From Asterias rubens (Eukaryota): 64,000 bases of DNA. Position 1 is the stretch's first letter. Each line of letters begins with the position of its first letter. Positions 50,301-60,600 of the stretch are shown here, piece after piece. The stretch spans positions 3,534,001 through 3,598,000 of the forward strand of contig NC_047065.1 in assembly GCF_902459465.1 (NCBI RefSeq), given 5' to 3'. The translations under genes were made by a program, and so were the position numbers. Under the pieces are notes generated by a model. That model was given only the letters and a program-made list of their open reading frames with translations. It did not search any database and had not been told where the DNA came from.

Positions 50301-51852
50301 GACTTGTACTAACTTCATTCGCTCATTCAATGGTTTATTAAAAGTCTATTCAATTCGCTGCTAGCAGCAGGAGTTAAAACATTACATTAGTAATTAAAAT
50401 GGCATTCAAACTATTGCACTCAAATACAGAGTTTATTAAAACTGTTGACTCTAAATGGGAGGGATTTCATCAATCCAAAGGACTGCAATCAGGGACCAAT
50501 CCACTTCATGCACCAAAATTAAGTCCGGAGGGACTGAAATTTTTAGGACCATCCTGGGGAATATCAAAGTTAGGACGAGTATCTTGTCCTAACTAGAGAT
50601 AAACTCAATTGTAGGTCTACTAACTGTGTCAAAATTCAACCTTTCTGGAATTTTCTGACAAATTAACACTACTTTTGAACAGTTTTGTGTAACATTGTTA
50701 CACACAGTTCTTAGTTTTTGCTTTGCAACGTTTTCCAACCTCAGTTGGCAGGAACTCAGGCTCTTGTCACAGTAGAAATTTCAAAAGCTGCATGAGGGCA
50801 TCACAGCGCCAATTATGTAAACAAGCTGTCCCCAAGTCTAGCAAAAGGTGTGGGCATCACAATGTTAGATTTATACCCTATTGTGTTGTACGCTGCAGGG
50901 TCTTTATGCCCCTTGTGTTTTCACTGCACATCGGAAATAATTTTGGGAGCGATGAAACAATGTCTATTGATCTTTCTAATAAAAATCTACTATTCCAATT
51001 TTGATTTAATCGCATTTGATCAAAATTTCCATCAATTACATATTTCCCTAGTACAGCCTTTTCTTTGTAATATAGAGGTTTGAAAATAATGTACTGTCCA
51101 TCCACATCCTTTGTCCCCATCTAAGTAATTAAAAATCGCCCCTCCCCCTCCAAGTTGGACAGAACACGTCACGAGAGGGGGTACAATTCTCGTCCATTAA
51201 TAAAACAACAAAAATGTAAAAACGGCAATCATAAATATGGCGTCCGAAGAGTTCATACTGAGGAGTAGCCGATTGTAAATGCTGATAAGACGTGATAATC
51301 TATGACTTAAGTTCGTTTGCTGTAAACACTCAAGTATGAGCCAGTGGTAACAGAGTTTGTGTAAAGTTTGAGCTTGTTCTCATTCCGTAAAAGAGCTAAA
51401 CAAATACGCCATTTGACAACCTTGTCCTTGGATTGTGTTTTGAACGACGAACCGGTGCTGTGTGTTGTGTGGTTGATCAATTCAAAGATCAAATCAACAA
51501 CAAACTGCGGAAGTGCACAAACTAAATTCGTGAGTAGCGCGTTGTTAAGGGTGCTTATTTTTTGGCATGTATTTCTGTCTCGACTGTGACTTTTTGATAG
51601 TTCCCCTTTAAGAACATAAAAATGATCATGGCAGTTAATTTACAACAAAAACAAACAAGTTCTTAATGCAGAGCAAACTGCAACAAAATTAAGTCCAATC
51701 AAGATTCAACCAACTTACTCAACTTTCAAGTTCAAAGAATGGTTAAAAAAGTGGAATGCATTTGTGAAGATTAGCTTTCATTTGTGTTGTATAAGGTTGC
51801 CAGTTGTTATCTCTGAACTGAAGTAAATGAGCGAGTGAACGCAGTTGCCACT

Positions 51853-53488
51853 ATGAACACCAAAGTTAAAGAAGAGGACAAAAAGTTCATTGAATGTGTG
51901 CGTCAGTTTCCAAACTTGTACAATAAAAAGCTCAAGGAATATCGGGACTTGGATAATGCCTTGTCAACGTGGAAGGCGATCGCCGCAACCTGCGGAAAGG
52001 ATTGGAAGGAGTGCAAGCAGAAGTGGAGAAAACTACGAGACGCTTATGTCAAAGTGAAGAAGAATGAATACAGAAAGGCCAAAGGAGGCGACACTGCGGA
52101 GAAGCACACAAATTGGCCACACTATGACTCCATGTCATTCCTTGAAGAACACATCAGGCACAAAGATGTTGGAGAAGTGGATCAGACCGATAATTCGTGA
52201 GTGTCTGACTTTGACTTTGAGTACCTATTCCGGAAAAGTTTCTATACTGCCACCACTTGTGCATTTGTTATGCAATCAACAGAATAGTATCTGATTTACT
52301 CAAATAAAGGTGGTTGCAGGAGGGTGCGGAAAGTTTTCCCCTATTCCAAACTAATAAGAAATTCGTTCTAGAAGTTTTAGTTACATGTAGCTAAATATTT
52401 GAGTTTAACTTGAATGTTTTGACAAAATTAATGACAATCTCTAAACATTTGAAATGGTGCTTTGAGTCAAATTTTAGTTTGAATATTGAGTCAATTCAAG
52501 TTAAAAATAAATTCGCTTTTTAATTTACTGGTCTGACACAAAATTGACTGGCCTTTCTCTGGCAAGTGATGCGGTGAAAGAAATTGAGCCCTGCGGGTCT
52601 TGGTCTTGGTGCCACTTCAAAACTTTCCCATAAACATACACATATGTATGATTTTCCAATGAAAGTTCACCTACATGTACCCTTTGCAAAAAAAAATGGC
52701 CTCGCCCTCACAAAATTGAAATTCCAGGCGTATCCTGCAAAATTTGAGTTAGACTAAGAGTTTGACTGCATGGATTTATCACATTGATTTAAAAACTGAA
52801 TTTTTAGCCAAACCTCTGTATTTATATTCACATCTTATTTTTTTGAATGCTATGTTGTTTTCAGCACTGACGACACGTTGGAGTTTGAGGTCGACAATGA
52901 TCAGAGAGCTCTATGCAACGAGGGAGCGTCCGGGAGCAGTGTTATTCCAACAACCATACACATAGCTCAACCCCTCTCGTCCTCCTCCAGGGATCACTTT
53001 GGCGGTGCCTCATCTTCCTCTGAAGACTCCCCGCGAGCCAAGAAATCGAAAAGAATGGACATCGTCGAGATGGCCATTCTGGAAAGCCTCGCTCACAGCC
53101 GACCGAGAATGGACACCAACGAAGATGAAGACGAACTCTTCGGTAAGATGATCGCCGCCACTTTGAAAAAGTTTGGCGCCAGAGAAAAAGCGCTGTGCAA
53201 ATTTAAGATTCAGCAGGTCCTGTTCGAACAGGAAGAACTCAATTTTAGCGGAGCTGTAACTGTAACTAGCATAAAGCAAGATGTAAGTTTTTAAGCGGTT
53301 ATTTTTGAACAGTTTGAAATTTGTCAAGGTTGAAAGATGTATTTTAAATATGTGGTTTTTTTTTAATTGATTATTTAAAAAAAAAAATTCAAGGTAAAAA
53401 GATGTGTCTTTTTTTATTAATTATTGTTTTTATTTGTCAAGTTTAAGAGTTGTTTTTTAAAGGTGCTGTCTTGTTGCAGTTATCCTGA
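51853..53488 (+). CDS. MADF (Myb/SANT-like) DNA-binding protein with C-terminal BESS-like motif (Adf-1-like / Harbinger-derived), ~256 aa
   Basis: Exons 51853-52196, 52865-53282, then GAT|GTAAGT donor to a probable 3-codon terminal exon 53480-53488 (unspliced alternative ends VSF* at 53294). MADF: FIECVRQFPNLY...WKAIA...CKQKWRKLRDAY...WPHYDSMSFL; BESS-like: DEDELFGKMIAATLKKF...KFKIQQVLFE. Candidate 5' UTR intron 51530-51795. Confidence 0.82.
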
Positions 53489-54341
53489 ACACTTCATTGT
53501 TACATAAAATTGTCACCTTTAATCAGCCTTGAATTTTAAGCTGGCAGAATGTACAGTACCATGTTATGTAGAATGGGGTGTGGCTTCAAGTTTGGCAGAA
53601 TTTAATTTAACACGCCGCTTTTTAATTACATTATTCAGCGCTTGGTTTTAATTAAGCATTCCATTCAATAACTCAATATTCAAGAATGACAAAGCACCAT
53701 TATTATCTATTGTGTACCATAGTACCAAATAGAATCAAGGGTTGTAAAATGGCTCAACAAGTTTTCAGATGTGCCCCAGTCTTTTTGATTTGAGGTGTGC
53801 GATTCAAGTGCACATTGTTGGTCGTTTGTAGGGTTGTTTGAAACATCAGAATTTTTGGCGAACTTAAAGTTTTTACTGGATGTTTTCATAAAATGCATGA
53901 GTCTGTCAGCTTTTTCACGGAGAGAATTTGGAAGGGTCCTTGGGTGTTTTGTATTTTGGCTAGCAGTCATCTTTTCCTCCGTTGGTCTGTTTGCAAATTG
54001 TGTCTGCAGGAAGATCTTGGGTCAATTTCATAAAGGGTTAGAACTAGTCCCAGGAGATATTAAAAACTTACGGCGAGTAACTCGTCCTAACTCGGAGATA
54101 AGACTTGTCTTTTAACGATTTGTGAAGTCCACCCCAGGTCATGTAGCTCTTTGGTAAAAAAAACATAATGTCTCACTGGTTACATGGTCTGAATAGACTA
54201 AAAGCAGCTTTTGATTTTATTGTTTTGGACACATTTTTTTGTTTGTGTAATTATACCGCGTTGTGTCTCTTATCTTCACTCTATGGTAACTAAACACCAA
54301 ATAGATAGACTTGGATACGAACTGTATGCCCGCTCTAGTGA

Positions 54342-54712
54342 TAAACGGCAGTGGACACTATTGGTAATTACTCAAATATTTATTAGCATAAAACCTTTCT
54401 TGGTAACGAGTAATGGGGAGCTGTTGATAGTAAACAACATTGTGAGAAACTGCTCACTCTGAAGTAATGTAGTTTTTGAGAAAGAAGTTGTCCTCCATGA
54501 ATTTGATTTAAAAACCTCAGATTTAGAAGTTGAGGTCTTAAAATCAAGCATCTGAAAGCACACAACTTTGTGTGACAAGGGTGTTTTTTCTTTCAATATT
54601 ATCTCACAACTTCGATGACCAATTGAGCTCAATTTGTTATTTTATGCATGTTTGGATACACCAAGTGAGAAAACTGGTCTTGACAATTACCAATAGTGTC
54701 CAGTGTCTTTAA
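54342..54712 (+). mobile_element. Family A copy
   Basis: GGCAGTGGACACTATTGGTAATTACTC ... CCAATAGTGTCCAGTGTCTTTAA. Confidence 0.87.
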
Positions 54713-55487
54713 GCAATTGTTGTTTCGGCCCCAGTATCATGGAGAAATCAACTCAAGTTTATTATTCCATGCCAGTACCAAATTCATGAAATCAGATAAC
54801 TTACTTAATTTAAATCCCCTGAATGTTCTTCTTCACAACTTTAAAATATTGTTTATCAAGTTTGATTTACAAATATTTAACTTAAATGTAAAAAAAACAA
54901 TTATCAAGAGCAGATTTTGTGCATGCACCGGTAATAAAAAAATTTGGTTTGACCCAAAGAAGTTTCATTATTAAGTGTATTTAAATCTTGCCATGAATTA
55001 CTTTCATTCAACTATTGACTGTAAACACATTATTAATACGAGTGTACTATGACTTTTATAGTATCAATCAATGCAGCAGCTGTTCACAGAAGTTTCAAAT
55101 TATGGAAACAAAACACAATTTGCCTTCAAGAACAAGCCACAAAATGCAATTATTAACACTGAACAGTGGAAGTTTGTTTTGTCTCTATATTCGCTGCAAG
55201 CCACACTCATTCAAACATACAAAATAATAGTACATGAAGGCATCGTTACATTTCAAATATAAATTTTAGTTATTATTAATCAAACGCTTAGTGTTCTGCA
55301 AGGATTTTAAAACTATTCTTGAATATTGAATAGGTCGGGATTTCCATAAGTTGGTGTTGCGATATTAGGGAATAGGCCTTTCAAGCCATTTGTGAGTTAG
55401 ATTTGAAATATGTTCCAGGAGTTTGAATGTAAGTGGTAAGTTGTGGTGACTGAGCAAGTCATTGTACCAGACAAGATTAAAATCTTA

Positions 55488-55597
55488 GGCTGTGTCCGAA
55501 TTGGCGACTTCCGCTACAGCTACGGCTAGATCAGTGTTGAAGAATGGCAGACGCGCGTGCCCTAGCTGTAGCCAAAATCGCCAATTTGGACACGGCC
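55488..55597. mobile_element. PIF/Harbinger-like palindromic MITE, TTA target duplication
   Basis: TTA-GGCTGTGTCCGAATTGGCGAC ... CGCCAATTTGGACACGGCC-TTA; same family as 63560 and a decayed copy at ~58917-59015. Confidence 0.85.
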
Positions 55598-56693
55598 TTA
55601 CTTGTTAAAAAGTTTTGGCCATGACATGAACAATCGCTAGTCACTTACTGAATGAATTTTGTGTAACGTAATTTACCCAGAAGTTTCAGCTTCATTAGTC
55701 GTCAATTTTTTGAGAAAAAGGTAATGAAAAAGGAGAGTTGTGTAAATTTGTGTGTAAGTGCTTAAGTAACTTTTGTCTCCTGAGACATAAAAATAAGTGT
55801 TGGGAATTTGTTGTGGTATTGTTTTACTCACTTCTCAAAAACTACAGCACCCCAGCAAGTAATATTTATCATTATTTTCAAACTATGTAAGTTTAATGTA
55901 ATCTGTTGACACTGTGTTTTGTGTGGTACAACAAGTAACCAAACCCTTTAAGGTCCTGTTTGCCATTATGGTTTTTATTGTGGTGAGGTCAACTAATTTT
56001 AAACTGTTTTAGTGTACTCGCCTCTCACAGTCACACCTTTTGGATTGAAAGTCAGCACTTGTATATTGAAAAAGGAAACTTCAAAGTTTTACATTCTGGG
56101 TATGTTAGTTTTGAAGTGCAGTTTCCAGTGCATCATTGGACAAAAATTGTAAAGAACAATAAATGGTAACGATGTTCAGAATTCTGAATCGATAGTTTTA
56201 CAGAAAATCAAACTTAAATTTTCAATTTGAAAATGTCTGCCATATTAGATCAGATTGCATGTTTACTTATAATTATTCTTATTAACTTGACAGTGTAACT
56301 TCAAGCTTTGTACAGCTTTAATGTGTACATCATGTAAATATTTCTTAGTATTAGTATCACACAATGTACAATACAATACCCTCTTTGCTTATATTAATTC
56401 CATTGGCTTATAACAATGAATTTTTTTTCTTCTTGAGTATTTATTAACAGTTGTGCCCGGGAGTTTACTAGTTGTTACATACTCAGTCTACAAAGTAAGA
56501 CGGTCTAACTGTCAGAAATTGCGTTGACTTTGTGAAACTAGAACTTACACAATTGAATGTTTACTTTTTAGTTATTAGTTGCAAAAAAGATTGCACACAA
56601 AATCTCAGTGTGTGTGCTCATACGATGTATTGAATTATCAATTGAATGTCATTTTCGGTCAAATAGAAAAAGAAAAATTTGTTTTGTTTGAGT

Positions 56694-56887
56694 TAGACTT
56701 GTGGACAAGTCGTTAATGGTCCCACGCAATGAGATAGTCGAGTTGTGGCGGTGCTCTCGCGAGATCACTGCTCTCGCGCGAATTGCTGGTTGCCCGACTT
56801 CTCACCAGCAGTTCGCGATCTCACAAGCACCGCCACAACTCGACTATCTCACCGCATGGGACCATTAACATCTTGTCCACAAGCCTA
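56694..56887. mobile_element. ~190-bp near-perfect hairpin MITE upstream of VPS35
   Basis: TAGACTTGTGGACAAG..TTAATGGTCCCA..GAGATAGTCGAGTTGTGGCGGTGC versus its reverse complement; same left end at ~2995. Confidence 0.85.
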
Positions 56888-57671
56888 TGTTTGAGTAGGT
56901 TTTCAATTTTTGTTAATGTGGACCGTAAATCCGTTAGAGAAAATATTGTTTCTTCACCATAGGTTATTGTTTAGTTTGTAAAAAAACATAATAAAGCTTT
57001 TAAGTTTTAATCATCTGTGAAACTGTGTTGTCACTTTGTTTTATTTCTTGAGTACAATTAATGAAGTTTTTCAATAGGGATGTTGCTGAAGTGAATGCCA
57101 TTGCTGATCACTGGAGGGTTTCGTGAAGGGCGCTAATTTTGAAAGAGGCAATAAAGGGGATTTAGTTTGTCAGTTAATGTTGCTGTAACCATAAGCTACA
57201 AACGAAGCTACAAACTTAAACTGGGAAATTCTAGCCCCACCCCCTCCCTCGCCCCGGCCCGGCCAACCCCACTTTCTTGCCCCTTTGTTCAAATCAGATT
57301 CTAATTGTTCCTCCATGTTCGATGTCAATTAATTATAGCATTTGGGCAGGATATCAAGTTCTACACTGTAGGTTTTGATTGGTGTATATTTACACTGAAA
57401 GCCTGTGTAGCTTAAAATTCTTCCAACAACCCCCCTTCTTTCATATGGATCACTCCTTCTACCCCGCCCCTTCTAGTTTAGCAACACAATTTCCTAAACC
57501 ATTCCTTGTGCTGCAGTGATCAAAGTCCTGTGCGACAAAATTTCCCACCTCTACCGGATTTGCAGAGTTCAGTGGTCCCCCTAAACATTCAATTCCTGAT
57601 TATGCACGTTCAACTCGACGGGCTACCAGCGATCTAGTATACATTGGCGAGTGTGACACAAGTCGGAGAAG

Positions 57672-60600
57672 ATGGTTCGTAAATTTGCTGTTGATATTGT
57701 TTTAAAATTAACTCTTTTTATGGGTGTTCGGCTTTAATGGAAATTTTCTAAATTCGGCTGGGTTTTACTGTAACTAGTATGTATGATGTAAGTTAATTAA
57801 AAACCCATTTCGCGTAAGGGAATAGTACTTGGGTGCTGGTATTTCATGTGGGTTGATGGAGCACCGCTTGTTAAAAATGCACTCGGTCAGTTGACGAGAA
57901 GCGAAGGGGGTGGGGATGTGTTCAGCAGTAGCTTGACTAACTCGATCTGCCAGAAGATGTAAACTAGCTGAACCAAATACTTCCTACAACACTTAAAGAG
58001 ATCCTAGTCATTATTTTGAGCAGAAGATTGTTTAGGTCACTAATTCAATTCAATTCTAGCTAGATAATCAATTCAAACCATTTTTTGTGTGATTTACTTC
58101 AATTTACAAATACAAAAACAACCCAATGCAATGGCTTTGTCCATGACTTATTTCTGACCAGCGAGTGACCATATTTTTGACAACCGTATTTTGCCAAACT
58201 GGGACATGTCATCTTGCTACACTTAAAAATATCCTCAACATTGTCGAACTCGTCAGCATAATGTTTTGTATACAATATGGACACAAATGCAAGTTGGATA
58301 AATCTGTATTTCAGACTTCCTTTTTAAAATTTATTACAAGCTAAAGGCCCAATCACACAGGCCTCGATAACGATAACAAAAACGAGAATGTTAACAATGC
58401 ACGCCCTCGATTGGTTGAATGAGCGTGGGCCTATTCTGCTTGGAGCAATAGACCGATCCATTAAGCCCCGCCCCATTGCGTATTGACCAATCACAATGCA
58501 ACGAAGGTCCGACACTAAGGTCCAACATGCGTGTGCGTCTGCTTGGCGCGCGCGGCAGAGTTGTGCAGAAAGGCATTGGAGAGCCCCACGTGTTCTTGCT
58601 CACACGTGCGTCGTGGGCGGAGCCTACTGGATCGGTCTATTCAACCAATAGAATGCGTTCTCTTTGTGTCGTAAGCGTTAGGGCCTATCAATTTCGTTAT
58701 CGCTGCAGTGTGACTTGGTCTTGACTGCGGTAATTAACAAAAATTATGTAAAAACTTTGCATATACCACCACTTTTTCACTCATTTTTACAAAGAGGAAT
58801 ATCTCATTTTGAGTAAATCAAATTCTTTTTTATTTCACAATGAATGAAAAAGTGGTGGCAGGATATGGAAACTTTTCTTATTTATGTTTCAAAGTGTCAG
58901 CAGTAATGATGTTAGTAGGCCTTATCCAAGTTGGCGACTTCGGCTGCAGCTATGGCTGTTCCTACATGTATTTAAGGAAGTTGCTATGGGCGCCCTTAAC
59001 TTCTGTAGCCGTAGCCTCCAATTCAGACCTGGCATAAATTTTCATTGATGTTTTATTACAGCCTCAAACAGCGCAATCTCCCCAAGATGATCAGGAGAAG
59101 CTTCTTGATGAGGCTCAACATGTCGTCAAGATGCAGTCTTTCCAGATGAAAAGATGCCTGGTGAGGTTCTTTATAAAACCATGTAACTTAAAATCATACA
59201 AGGGTTCCATTTCATGAAGCTTGTAAGTAAAGTAAACATGGTTAGCTCCGAGAACAGAGCCTCACTTTCATGGCTCTGCTTACGGGCAACACATTCACCA
59301 TTCGCCGCTTACTGTACAAGTGCCAACTTTCTGTGGTAGCTGTGTAAGCAAAGAATACCTAGTGATGTGGAGTACGCAATTTGAGCAGTTGGGCGTATGC
59401 TCCCCAGTGAGTTGAGAAAGTTAGAAGAATGTTTTAAAAGTTTTCCGGTAAACAGGGATAATAATGTTGTAAACTGCCTTGATTTCGCTATGGTCACTAT
59501 GTTAGAACCAGTTATTACTAATATTATTATTTTTTTTTTGAGTATCCTTTCAAGGGTTGAGACCTCGTGACAAGTTAGCTTTCCTTTTACGTGTCGCCAA
59601 CTTTCCATTCACATCATTTGTAGTTTTACTTGTCTCAATCAACAGTCATAGATTGGTTGATCTTGATTTCTTTATACAGGACAAAGGCAAGTTGATGGAT
59701 GGTCTAAAGCATGCGTCCAACATGCTGGGAGAGCTACGCACCTCGATGCTGTCTCCAAAAAGCTATTATGAGCTCTGTATCCTTGTTAACAATTATTTTG
59801 TCAGCAGCCAACTTTATTTGGGAGCGTCTTTAAAGTCACATGCCTGGAATGTCCCCTGTAAGAAATGTGCCAAACTCTGTGGCAGTGGGATTCAGATTAT
59901 ACCATTGGTCTGTTAACCTATTAATTTTGATTTGTTAACCAGTATGTTAACCTTAACCATTTCAGCCTTAACTTGAGTCATTCTATAAACCTTGCATCAT
60001 TCTGTTAACTTGAACCATTCCAGTTTGTTGTTAACCACAAAAATTCTGTTAACGTTAACCAGTATGTTAACTTTAACTATTCTGTTTACCTTAACAAGTC
60101 TGAAAACCTGAACCATTCTGTTGACCTGAACCTTTCTGCTAACCTGAACCATTCTATTTGCCTGAACCAGTCTGTTAACATTAACCAGTCTGTTTGACCT
60201 GAACTAGTCTTTTATCACCTGAACCATTCTGTTAACCCTAACCAATATCTTTACCTTAATCAGTATGTGAACCTTAACCATAATGTTACAGATATGCAGG
60301 TCTGTGATGAGCTTAGATACTTGGAGCAGTATCTTCTTGATGAATACCAGAAAGGTCATCGTATATCTGACCTCTACGAACTGGTACAGTACGCCGGAAA
60401 CATAGTACCAAGGCTGTGAGTGTTATATGCACTATTTATAACTTTGGTTATAATCCCGATTAAGTCAATATTGTAAGCTTGGGCGGTTCCAGAAATTTGG
60501 GGCTTGGTTCCGGTTCCGAAAAAAAGCTCGGTTCTGAGACATACCCGGTTCCAATTCAATATAAAACATAAGCCGCCCGTCCCGAGCTCACACACACACA

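Noticed and set aside
50878-51120. 80-aa minus ORF starting right after an AG, divergent from the MADF gene; considered as a Harbinger transposase partner
   Set aside because: No DDE motifs, no continuing exon or open frame found.
53707-54009. ~100-codon minus ORF preceded by CTGCAG; possible terminal exon
   Set aside because: No recognisable homology, no upstream exons found, overlapping plus ORF of similar size, adjacent to a MITE.
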